DNA of 39,245 bases from Nemertoderma westbladi (lineage: Eukaryota; Animalia; Xenacoelomorpha): the NCBI GenBank assembly GCA_032718475.1, contig JAUCBJ010003183.1, positions 1 to 39,245 of the forward strand. Direction: 5' to 3'. Below the pieces are notes generated by a model. The model was not told the DNA's origin and ran no database searches. It worked only from the letters and a program-made list of their open reading frames with translations. Position 1 is the first letter of the stretch. Each line of letters begins with the position of its first letter. Shown here piece by piece: positions 26,070-38,580 of this stretch. The translations under genes and the position numbers were made by a program.

Positions 26070-28849
26070 ATAAACACTTACCGTTATACCTTGCCATGAT
26101 ATACACTTACCGTTATACATTGCCATGATAAACACTTACCGTTATACCTTGCCATGATAAACACTTACCGTTATACCTTGCCATGATAAACACTTACCGT
26201 TATACCTTGCCATGATATACACTTACCGTTATACCTTGCCATGATAAACACTTACCGTTATACCTTGCCATGATAAACACTTACCGTTATACCTTGTCAT
26301 GATAAACACTTACCGTTATACATTGCCATGATAAACACTTACCGTTATGCATTGCCATGATAAACACTTACCGTTATGCATTGCCATGATATACACTTAC
26401 CGTTATACCTTGCCATGATATACACTTACCGTTATGCATTGCCATGATAAACACTTACCGTTATACCTTGCCATGATATACACTTACCGTTATGCATTGC
26501 CATGATAAACACTTAATGTTATGCATTGCCATGATATACACTTACCGTTATACCTTGCCATGATATACACTTACCGTTATGCATTGCTATGACATACACT
26601 TACCGTTATACCTTGCCATGATATACACTTACCGTTATGCATTGCCATGATATACACTTACCGTTATGCATTGCCATGATATACACTTACCGTTATACCT
26701 TGCCATGATATACACTTACCGTTATACCTTGCCATGATATACACTTACCGTTATACCTTGCCATGATAAACACTTACCGTTATACCTTGCCATGATAAAC
26801 ACTTACCGTTATACCTTGTCATGATAAACACTTACCGTTATACATTGCCATGATAAACACTTACCGTTATGCATTGCCATGATAAACACTTACCGTTATG
26901 CATTGCCATGATATACACTTACCGTTATACCTTGCCATGATATACACTTACCGTTATGCATTGCCATGATAAACACTTACCGTTATACCTTGCCATGATA
27001 TACACTTACCGTTATGCATTGCCATGATAAACACTTAATGTTATGCATTGCCATGATATACACTTACCGTTATACCTTGCCATGATATACACTTACCGTT
27101 ATGCATTGCTATGACATACACTTACCGTTATACCTTGCCATGATATACACTTACCGTTATGCATTGCTATGACATACACTTACCGTTATGCATTGCCATG
27201 ATATACACTTACCGTTATACCTTGCTATACCATGATATACACTAACCGTTATGCATTGCCATGATATACACTTACCGTTATACCTTGCCATGATAAACAC
27301 TTACCGTTATGCATTGCCATGATAAACACTTACCGTTATGCATTGCCATGATATACACTTACCGTTATACCTTGCCATGATATACACTTACCGTTATGCA
27401 TTGCCATGATAAACACTTACCGTTATACCTTGCCATGATATACACTTACCGTTATACCTTGCCATGATATACACTTACCGTTATACCTTGCCATGATATA
27501 CACTTACCGTTATGCATTGCCATGATATACACTTACCGTTATACCTTGCCATGATATACACTTACCGTTATGCATTGCCATGATATACACTTACCGTTAT
27601 GCATTGCCATGATATACACTTACCGTTATACCTTGCTATGCCATGATAAACACTAACCGTTATGCATTGCCATGATATACACTTACCGTTATACCTTGCC
27701 ATGATATACACTTACCGTTATGAATTGCCATGATAAACACTTACCGTTATACCTTGCCATGATATACACTTACCGTTATACCTTGCCATGATATACACTT
27801 ACCGTTATACCTTGCCATGATATACACTTACCGTTATACCTTGCCATGATATACACTTACCGTTATGCATTGCCATGATATACACTTACCGTTATACCTT
27901 GCCATGATATACACTTACCGTTATGCATTGCCATGATATACACTTACCGTTATGCATTGCCATGATATACACTTACCGTTATACCTTGCCATGATATACA
28001 CTTACCGTTATACCTTGCCATGATATACACTTACCGTTATGCATTGCCATGATATACACTTACCGTTATACCTTGCCATGATATACACTTACCGTTATAC
28101 CTTGCCATGATATACACTTACCGTTATGCATTGCCATGATATACACTTACCGTTATACCTTGCCATGCCATGATATACACTAACCGTTATGCATTGCCAT
28201 GATATACACTTACCGTTATACCTTGCCATGATAAACACTTAGCGTTATACCTTGCCATGATATACACTTACCGTTATGCATTGCCATGATATACACTTAC
28301 CGTTATACCTTGCCATGATAAACACTTACCGTTATGCATTGCCATGATATACACTTACCGTTATACCTTGCCATGATATACACTTACCGTTATGCATTGC
28401 CATGATAAACACTTACCGTTATACCTTGCCATGATATACACTTACCGTTATGCATTGCCATGATATACACTTACCGTTATACCTTGCCATGATATACACT
28501 TACCGTTATGCATTGCCATGATATACACTTACCGTTATACCTTGCCATGATAAACACTTACCGTTATACCTTGCCATGATATACACTTACCGTTATACCT
28601 TGCCATGATATACACTTACCGTTATGCATTGCCATGATATACACTTACCGTTATACCTTGCCATGATATACACTTACCGTTATACCTTGCCATGATATAC
28701 ACTTACCGTTATGCATTGCCATGATATACACTTACCGTTATACCTTGCCATGATATACACTTACCGTTATGCATTGCCATGATATACACTTACCGTTATA
28801 CCTTGCCATGATATACACTTACCGTTATACCTTGCCATGATATACACTT
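26070..28849. repeat. 29-bp minisatellite, distal sub-array (about 96 units), derived from the exon/5' splice-site junction
   Basis: Minus-strand unit GT(T/A)TATCATGGCAA(GGT/TGC)ATAACGGTAAGT; the GTT/GGT form differs from the proximal unit at only 3 positions. Confidence 0.95.
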
Positions 28850-31413
28850 GGGTCAATAAGCTTAAAAGTGACCAAAAAGGGGTACAAATTGACCGAAAAT
28901 TTTTTGTCGGAAATTAGTGCCATACCATACACCATTCGAAAGATAATTTCATGGCGAATCTTGTGATGGTAGAGGGAGAGCATGACGCGCTGCTCAAAGG
29001 GAGATATATGGCAAAAACTAATGTCATATCTGTAACGTTTTTGTCTACCACTGTAACGCATTACAGTGATGACATTTATGGGACAAACGTCTGTAACGGC
29101 CATCTGTAACGGTAATTATGTTATATGGATTTTGCAGTATTTATAACTTATTGCTTCGACAATAAGGTAATTTATTGGACAAACATCTGTAACAAACATA
29201 GATATCTGCCCATAACCATGGCATCCACTAAATTATATGTACTTAATACACATGATTTCAATAAATATTTAAAAAGTTTTTCATTAACATTTTTCTGTGT
29301 AACCGATAATCTTGTTTTACACGATTTTTTTTATCCCGTGTTAAATTTTCTCTATCGCGCCGCTTTTTATTAGCTTGTTTAAAATACTCTGTATAACAAC
29401 CGCGGTCTTTTTTCTCTGTACTTATTCAACCGCTCCCTGGCGTTTCTCTGCAACTGATTCAGAGACGTCCATTACCTCATCCAATAAACGGATCTGACTA
29501 AACTTATTACAATAATATAAGTAGTGCACAAGTCCGTTAAGTGATGTTAAGCCAATGATTTAGAAATTGATAGTAAAATATAGGCCTTTTACGCATTAGA
29601 GTATTTAATCATTAGAGTAAATTATAATCTTACATTGAAGTTACACAAGACTCACTGATATCAGTCACTGGATACTTTATTTTTGTTTATTTATTGATTC
29701 ATGTCAGATGAAATTAGACATACAAATTTATTGAAGTCTATCTATACGTCTGTACTGTATAAACAATCTGTTATGTTTATGAAATGCCAGGTTGAGTAGC
29801 ACTACGACCACTTATTGAGTGTGATAGTGTCGTATAAAAAAAAAAGTAGTAGTTACAAGCTTGCCAGTAATAAATTGTAATAATGTAAATGTAATAAATT
29901 ACGCGCCTATGCAGGGAAGCCTAGTAACGAAAAACGCAAAACGAAACAGGGCAAAGTACCGTCTGTACAATATATTGTATGTTAAAAAAAACACTGTTTG
30001 TAAGAAATGTATCTTCTACAATTCTAAACGAAATAAAGCGAAATTTTGCAGAAACCACATTTTATTAATACTTTTAAAATTTATAGGATGGAGATTGTAT
30101 ATATTTGCAATTAATTCCTAAATTATTTACCACGGACCCAGAAGCTCTGGATTCATACAATTTCATGTGAAGTGAATCTGCGCTTTACTCCCCAGAATCC
30201 ACAATCACCTCTTCCCGGATAGAGATAAACATGAATCCGTGTTTTACTCCCCTTACGGGATGCAGTAACACTTGACAATAAAAATTAGCTAGAATTCTCA
30301 TTTTGCACTCATTTCCGGATTTCATGAAAACCCGGATCCGCGTTTTAACCTCAAAATTCGAGAACCGATCCGGATCCTGCATCCGGTTCCGGGTTTTACA
30401 CTTACCCATCTTACACTACCACATTGCCATGAGCAGTTAGGATGTCAGTAGGAAAACGAAGAACGTATCAAACGCGTAGGCATTCAAATATTGTCAGTGA
30501 TGCCTTATTGTATTTCAGGATGACACTCCGTTACAGATAGGACTATCATATAGATATGACTGAAAACCTACAGTCTGTAACGCATCGATAACTGGTTATA
30601 TATTGCGTTACAGATGAGACATGCCCTATCTGTAACGCACTGCACTGTAACGGTGACGCGTTACAGATGGTTGACAAAAACGCTTACCACCGCCATACAT
30701 CATAGGTGTTTATTTATCACATTAACTCTTGGGGTTAATGCGGCATAAATTAAAATTGCCTTTACACACGTACCGTTATACTTGTATGAGATTAATATTA
30801 TCAAAATATATGGCCACATTTGTAGCGTTACAGATATGGACGTTTATGCTTTCTATATTGACTTTGTTAAACATAAATGCTTCCCAAATGAGATTGCCTT
30901 GTCCTTTGTATGTGATATTTGGCCTATATATGTTAGAAACCCTGTAGATTCTAAATATATCAAAACTGAAAACCTACAGTTACTACTTCAGATTCTATAC
31001 GTAAATGTTACAGATGTGACACAAAAATTGAAAAATCCAGGCCCAATTTATGTATCGATCTCAAATGGTTCAACATGAATATTATGGCCTGAAATATATT
31101 GGAAAAGATAGCAAAACATCTAAGCTCCCCAACAATAGGTTTTCTATATATTTGCCACTTGGAGTGATACAATTTACAGTTGTTTGTGGTCGTGTCATAT
31201 AAGGGACAACTGATTTTCACGATATTTCAGTCTTTGATGGGGCATATCTTTTGACTGCCTTAACAGATTTTCATAATTTTTAGTGCGTAAGCTGCGCAAA
31301 TAAATTAGCTACAAAATAATATATAACTTTATTAAATACGAATAAATTAAAGCATTGAAAATTATATCGTAACTTCCGGACAAACCATTGGCCACTTTTA
31401 AGCTTATTGACCC
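28850..31413. mobile_element. Non-autonomous TIR DNA transposon, copy 2 (same family and orientation)
   Basis: Same TIRs; 4-bp TSD ACTT; colinear with copy 1 with scattered substitutions and small indels; inserted in the 29-bp satellite. Confidence 0.88.
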
Positions 31414-32626
31414 ACTTACCGTTATACCTTGCCATGATAAACACTAACTTTAGACGTTGCCATGGTAAACACTTAACTTTAGACCTTGCCATGGTAAACA
31501 CTTACCTTTAGACCTTGCCATGGTAAACATTTAACTTTAGACCTTGCCATGGTAAACACTTAACTTTAGACCATGCCATGGTAAACACTTACCTTTAGAC
31601 CTTGCCATGGTAAACTCTTATCTTAAGACCTTGCCATGGTAAACATTTAACTTTAGACCTTGCCATGGTAAACTCTTATCTTAAGACCTTGCCATGGTAA
31701 ACATTTAATTTTAGACCTTGCCATGGTAAACTCTTATCTAAAGACCTTTGCCATGGTAAACACTTAACTTTAGACCTTGCCATGGTAAACTCTTATCTTA
31801 GACCTTGCCATGGTAAACTCTTATCTTAAGACCTTGCCATGGTAAACAAAACACTTACCTTTAGACCTTGCCATGGTAAACATTTAACTTTAGACCTTGC
31901 CATGGTAAACACTTAACTTTAGACCTTGCCATGGTAAGCACTTACCTTTAGACCTTGCCATGGTAAACTCTTATCTTAAGACCTTGCCATGGTAAACATT
32001 TAACTTTAGACCTTGCCATGGTAAACTCTTATCTTAAGACCTTGCCATGGTAAACATTTAACTTTAGACCTTGCCATGGTAAACTCTTATCTTAAGACCT
32101 TGCCATGGTAAACACTTAACTTTAGACCTTGCCATGGTAAACTCTTATCTTAAGACCTTGCCATGGTAAACTCTTATCATAAGACCTTGCCATGGTATAC
32201 AAAACACCTACCTTTAGACCTTGCCATGGTAAACACTGACCTTTATTGCTATGGTAAACAAACACTTACCTTTAGACCTTGCCATGGTAAACTCTTATCT
32301 TAAGACCTTGCCATGGTAAACTCTTATCTTAAGACCTTGCCATGGTAAACAAAACACTTACCTTTAGACCTTGCCATGGTAAACAAAACACTTACCTTTA
32401 GACCTTGCCATGGTAAACAAAACACTTACCTTTAGAGCTTGCCATGGTAAACACTTAAGTTTAGACCTTGCCATGGTAAACTCTTATCTTAAGACCTTGC
32501 CATGGTAAACACTTACCTTTAGACCTTGCCATGGTAAACATATACCTTTAAACCTTGTCATGGTAAACACTTACCTTTATTGCCATGGTAAACAAACACT
32601 TACCTTTAGACCTTGCCAGGGTAAAC
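31414..32626. repeat. 29-bp minisatellite, proximal sub-array (about 40 units), continuous with the CK1gamma exon end
   Basis: Minus-strand unit GTTTACCATGGCAAGGTCTAAAG-GTAAGT versus the real junction GTTTACCCTGGCAAGGTCTAAAG|gtaagt. Confidence 0.95.
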
Positions 32627-32689
32627 TTCCCCGAAGGAAATACAGCAGCATGTGTCCCAAGGCTTCTAAGTCGTCCCTCCGACTTTGTT
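32604..32689 (-). CDS. CSNK1G: Casein kinase 1 gamma, internal exon
   Basis: Bounded by ccttttag| and |gtaagt, 86 nt. Encodes (E)[28 protein letters not shown] and is phase-compatible with the exons on both sides. Confidence 0.96.
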
Positions 32690-33360
32690 CTAAAAGGAAA
32701 AAAAGCCAGTCGCGATAAACAGCAGTTTGGCAACATTGAACTGCACGAAAGGGTCAAAAGGTCATGGTGGTCGATTGCGTTAACTTCGAAAAAATGCTGT
32801 TCAAATAACTAACATCATAACTATTAATATACTCATATTACCAACAATTAGAATTAGGATAGTGTGTTAGGTTGATTTTATAATCAATATAGTGGGGTTG
32901 GGGGGTTGGGGGGTTGGGGGGGGGGGGGGGACACCTTGAAAACAAGTTTAAACTATACACTAGCTGGCGGTGCTTGCGCACCGTGAAAGAAGCTCTCTAG
33001 CTTCAGACGACTGGTCATGTACAGTACAGCAGTACAATTTTAATACTGAAACTTGTTATAGTGGTTAGACCTGTCTCATCCTCAGATCCTCCAGAATGGC
33101 TGTTAGCAGTACCGGACCTGGTGGTAGATATTGACGATCCGTACCGGCTCGAAGATGCCGCGATGTTTTCGGAGCTACTGACGCAGAAATCTTAGGATAT
33201 CTATCTGAAAGCGTGGGCAGCATTAATAGCCTTTAGCCTCATTAATAGCATTAATCGTCGTAAACAATGATAACGCTGGTGGTATTATTTTCAAATAAAA
33301 CAATATATTCGATATAAAAACGTAACGGAAATCACTATTTTGCACTCATTTTCTTAAGCA

Positions 33361-33487
33361 AAATTCAGTTATTCTGTCCTCGTGTGTTGAGTTTTTCACT
33401 CGATGGCATTTTAACACTCGCTTCGCTCGTGCTAAAAACCTACCAAATCGTGTAAAACTCAACCACTCGGACAGAATAGTTGAATTT
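33361..33487. repeat. Long imperfect palindrome with CTCGCTTCGCTCG core
   Basis: Arms AAATTCAGTTATTCTGTCC ... GGACAGAATAGTTGAATTT. A related core CGAGCGTAGCGAGG lies at about 6196. Confidence 0.6.
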
Positions 33488-36328
33488 CGCTACATTGAAA
33501 ATGAGAGAAAAAAAGCGGTGTTTTCCGCCCCCCCCCCCCCCCCCCCCCCCGTCTCTAGGTTTGATATAAAGCATTTAAATGAATGTACATCTCTATAAAT
33601 GTGGAATCGGAATATTGTACTATGGGGAATGTGTTTTATAACAACTTGCTGGTATATAATACATACACAAGCAGCCATTCGCTAATTATTTTACCTGAGG
33701 CTGTGAATACAATAGTATGCAACATTACTCCAACAATAATACTAATCACGTAATTTCTAAGAAAATTCATTAAACCCATCCACCACCGACGGCATACTGC
33801 ACTGTCAGTAAGCCGTAGGTGGTTCTTGGAAGAATTTTGGCCAGCGATATATTTGTGAAGAAAAAGCACATGAAATTTCTCACAATAAAGGATGAACCCA
33901 ATGGAACTTTCCTCAGACGTTATATTATGCGGATAAAACGACATTATATGACCCTCTTGCTGTATAATCATGGAGGAATATAATCTAAGATTATCCTAAA
34001 TTAAATTATTTTTCTATAGATAATGATTTTTTATACTCATTACACATAATAATCCTATTTGATTAGAAAAATCCCTCCATCCCTGGATACAAGTTCAAAT
34101 TCATATGCCCAAATAAAAAATCAATAATGAGTGTTTATTACGTGGTGTATCCAACCCATAATTCAGCTGTATCAATATTGTTGGCATAGGCATATCCCCT
34201 AAAAAGGGTTGTTTGTTCCGCGAAAATTCAAAATTTCATGTCGTACCACGTACCGCGGTAATTATCGACATGTGATTTCGAGAGGGATTTTTAAATTACA
34301 GAACTGAATTGATCTGCCACTTTCCTTTTCTATATCAAGATATCAATTCATATATATTGGCATATGTCCTGTATAGCTATTGTACTATGGTTGCTTGTAG
34401 ACTATGATGAAACATAATATCTATCAGCGAACAGTCACATAAACTATTCAAAGCATATTTATGTATAGTTTTAGTTTATGTAGATTTAATTCACCTTCTT
34501 CGATTTTGCAAATAATATGATTATGATATGTAATTAATATAGGCTGGGCGATCCGAAATATTCGCTCACTACTACTACTACTATCAAGAATTTGAAATTA
34601 TCTCCAAATAAGAACTGTTAGTTCTCATTCTCAATAGGTGAATTTTGATGAAAGTTGCTGGTTTTGTTAATCATTAATTATATTTTGGAACTGCGGTTTT
34701 ATTTGAAAATATTTCTGCATTTCTACTGAATTAAATTTTATGAAATTAAATGTTACAGGTACTATTTATACAGGTAGAGATTCTCACAAGGAATCTGGTA
34801 AACCATGTTTGCTCAACCCCACTGTAAATGTAGATCAATTACTACTACTACAATCGGCATGCTGCATTGCAGCTGCATTACATATATATATATATATGTA
34901 CGTTCGGCCTAAAGGGCCATAGATATGTATCTTTGAAATGAAGGGTATTATGTACCTATATAACACAGATTGGAAGTAAAAAGGGCCATTAGTATATCTA
35001 CATATCTTGTGTATATGTTCCGTTCCTACATATACCATTGTAATATACATACATAAAGATGAAAAAACGATCGAAAGGGCCAACTTGTATATCTATATAG
35101 TGAGATATGTAGGTATAGTGTACCTATATATACCTCAATGGCCCTATCTTATTTCTCTTCATTCTTATAATTATTAAACTCATTGTATTTCATTTTGGCT
35201 CTTTTTCTGCTCAGTTTATTGGTAAGATCAATTTGGATGCAAATGGGCCATTGTAAAAGATGTATATTTATGGCCCTAATGTAAATCATCTCATTCTTTA
35301 TGATAGTAAAGGTGGCCCTTTTCCCGTTCATTTAATTTAATAAATCAATTTTGAAACAAATGGGCCAGTCAATCTTTCTTAAAAATTGACATGAATAGTA
35401 ACATGAATTGTAAGACTTGCAATGTAATTACCACAGTTAAGTAAACTAAAATAATAAAAGTTATAATAAGCATTATTTTTGTTTGAGCATATTTTATGTA
35501 TGGTTGATATATCTTCTTGAAATTTGGTGAGAGGGACCTACACCAACAAGCATTGCTTATTTGGAAATTCTAAATTCAGACAGACTTTAAAGTTCCGCTG
35601 ACTGCCGCTAGGGGGGCGAATTGACAGAAACGTAGAAGTAGCTATGTAATTATAGAACCAACCATCAGATTCCATCTGAAATTTGGTAGGAGTGCACAAG
35701 GAGAATTGCATAATTATAAATTCTATGCCTAGACGGACTTTTATAGTTCTTATGTTCGTTATTCGTTACTATGTTCTAGCTCTAAAGAGCCTTGTCCATA
35801 AATATATCCATGGTGCTACAGCATGGCCCTAATGCTGAAGCAAAATTTACGTGTTTTTCAACTTCAAACAGTCATTATTCTTCAACGGTTTGTCATATTA
35901 CGTGATTCTTTGAGTTCATGCATCACGAGAAAATTCTTATTAAATGGTATATAGTTTTGTAATATTTACGGCTTCGTAAACTCAAGAAAATTTTATGTGA
36001 AATCTTGGTCACAATTTGGGCACTTTTTAGGAGAATCAGCCAGATGGGTTTCTGTGTCTTTTGTGTTTATTGGGTTTTTACAAAAAATGATTCTAGTTTG
36101 GTAACTTTTCTTTCAGTATATCGCCCCTTCTGTATATAAAATGGTATCACCCAAAACAATCAGCGTTTCCAAATAAAAACCAAGTATTGGTTGGGGTTTT
36201 TCTTTTCGTACAACACCATCTGAAATCATGAAATACTGAATACTCACAGGGCGTTATTGTTGTATAACGTCACGGTTGTTTTTTTTTTGTGATATATATT
36301 AGTATTTTTATCAATCTGACTTACTAAC

Positions 36329-36563
36329 CTTTTCCTAAGTGTGTGTTAATACTCATATATCTTGCAGTTCCTGTTAAGCTTTTGTGTTCTCTGTAAGGTA
36401 TGTGTTTCCCCGTCTCACTGTCAATATACTCTTTCGCCAAACCAAAATCGATTATATGTATTAGGTTTTCAGTTTTCGTTGTTTGTCTGCCAATTAGGAA
36501 ATTTTCAGGTTTAATATCCCGGTATATAAGGTGTTTAGAGTGGACACATTCTAGTCGAGAAAT
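36329..36563 (-). CDS. CSNK1G: Casein kinase 1 gamma, catalytic-loop/activation-segment exon
   Basis: Bounded by ttttag| and |gttagt, 235 nt. Encodes [25 protein letters not shown]...[12 protein letters not shown]...[25 protein letters not shown]. Starts in phase 0 and ends in phase 1. Confidence 0.96.
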
Positions 36564-37613
36564 CTAAAATGAAAACAAAATTATTATTTATTATATAACC
36601 AGATAACGGATGAGGGGGGGGGGGGGGGGGCCCTCATCCTCTCAACGCGTAATTTTTTTGACAAATTTTATAAAACTATAAAAATCATTCGATGCAAAAG
36701 TAAATTGATTCAATATCGTTATTTTTTTCAGATGTTGAACCCTCGACCATGATATAGAATGTTCTGACACTCAAACAAAGTTGAATCACCTCAACTCAAC
36801 TCAACTCAGACTCAGCAGCTCAGGGGAAACAGACAGAAAAAAACAGCTGATTAAAGACAAAAATAAAAAGTAAGCTGTTCGATTGTCTCTCGTTTATTGC
36901 TTTAGTTGGAATAACATATCACAAAAACCTGCTCCTTTCACTTAATTTATATTTATTTAACATTTTTTCATTTGCCGAGACGAGTTATTAATTCGTAGAG
37001 ATTAAATTTCCGTCAATAATAATCAAACCTGTAAGAGATTTTCTTATATTTATATATATCGTTTGTTGACATTGTATATTTTGCATGACCTCTTGTCTCT
37101 AAGAATTCAATTATTTCGATCTCTTATCTTAGTATTATTTACGAGTTTCTTTGTGGAACTAACAACTGAACGATTTCTGCTGTTTTGTTACTAGGTGCCC
37201 GTGCCGGTAGTGGGGAGCAGGTGGCCGACCCTATGTGGATTCCAGTTAAAGGGGAAATGGGAGGACGATATTAAACGAACTGGAGGGGAATTCAGTAGGA
37301 GAGGGGAAGGGTGTGGTTATTCTGTACAGCGCAGTTACAGTATCAGTAACTATAAAGTAAAGTAAGTACAGTTCATATTATACAGTATAATCGCGTTATG
37401 TAATAAGTTAACTCACATAGTATAACTATAATATATATAGCAATAATGGTAGCATAGCCACTGATTAACAAAGCTTACTATTTCAATTCACCATTTTTAT
37501 AGTTTCAGATGAGCGAGCCCGATAATGACGATTTAATGTTAAATCTGTTTTGTACTGCACTACATTATTAACCGGGAAATAAAATAATAAAATAATACTA
37601 ATTTGATACTAAC

Positions 37614-37762
37614 TAGCTGAACTGCTAGCATTAGCACCGTCTTTAAAGTGAATTGCCGATCGCAGAGATCGAATAAATCTTCGAGACTTGGTCCCAACAG
37701 TTCCAGCACCATCGCGTTGTATTTACCACAAGGTCCAAAGTAATACACCTGGGGTATACCCT
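37614..37762 (-). CDS. CSNK1G: Casein kinase 1 gamma, internal exon (first visible)
   Basis: Bounded by tacag| and |gttagt. Encodes (E)[49 protein letters not shown], with the CK1 LGPSLEDLF motif and the gamma-type [12 protein letters not shown]. Ends in phase 0. Confidence 0.95.
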
Positions 37763-38580
37763 CTGTAATTCAAGTGGAATAAGTTAACTGATAATTATTT
37801 TTCTATGGTTGAATTACAATAAATAAAATATACGCACATAAGTTTGGGGGACTTTCCCCATCACATTCAACCGCTCCCTAATGGAACAAAATAAGCGCAC
37901 GTAGCCTCCATCCCTATTGCTATTACCATATCGTATAGGCAGGAATTATTCTTAATTAGAAAAAATAACTGTTCTCTGGTTAAAATAGAGTAAAAAAAGC
38001 GCCCATGTGAAGAATACCAGGATTTCACTTTTCGGTCGACTTTTTATTGGAATTTTATATATGAAGATTTTTATTTTTTTTAATTTATCTTCTTTAAGTG
38101 TTTTATAGCGCTTATTTCTGTCTTATAACCTGTACATATACTAATTCGTTTATTGTTTTGGTTAGATTCAGACCTTCTGTAACATGTGTTTTTGGTGAAA
38201 ACCTGGTATTCTTCACATGGGGGTAACTGCAAAGTGAAATATAACGGCAGAAAGTCAGGTATTCTTCACATGGGCCAAAAAAAGATTTAATCAGGGACCA
38301 TAAAACTGCCCGGAGAATCCAGATATCTGTGACAAGTCTCAGTTTCAACTCTTGTGATTTACAAATTTCCATACCTGGGACAATGGCACAGATTCACGAC
38401 AGTTAAAATAACGATTTTATTTAAAATTGAATTGAAATACTTCAACAACGTCAGGCTAAGGATGTGGTGGCCCCCAAATCCATTATAGAATGCCTCAATC
38501 TTTAGGGAATAACAGCTTCGCCGTATTTTCTTAAAACTGTCATGTTAACATAACTTTTTATGTCGGGTTTGTCAGAACTA

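Noticed and set aside
17252-31501. Pairs of near-identical short ORFs (MAVTDVCP.., MPVINCNN.., MGKCKTRN.., MYEINIIK..)
   Set aside because: They are shared only because they lie in the two transposon copies; they have no recognisable domains, and several differ by indels between the copies.
26070-32603. 29-bp repeats as a CRISPR array or as tandem coding exons
   Set aside because: There are no spacers. Units lack acceptor sites, 29 is not a multiple of 3, and a stop occurs in the first intronic unit.
34900-35370. Recurring AAGGGCCA/TGGCCCT motifs in both orientations
   Set aside because: Probably a decayed repeat element, but no termini or TSD could be defined.
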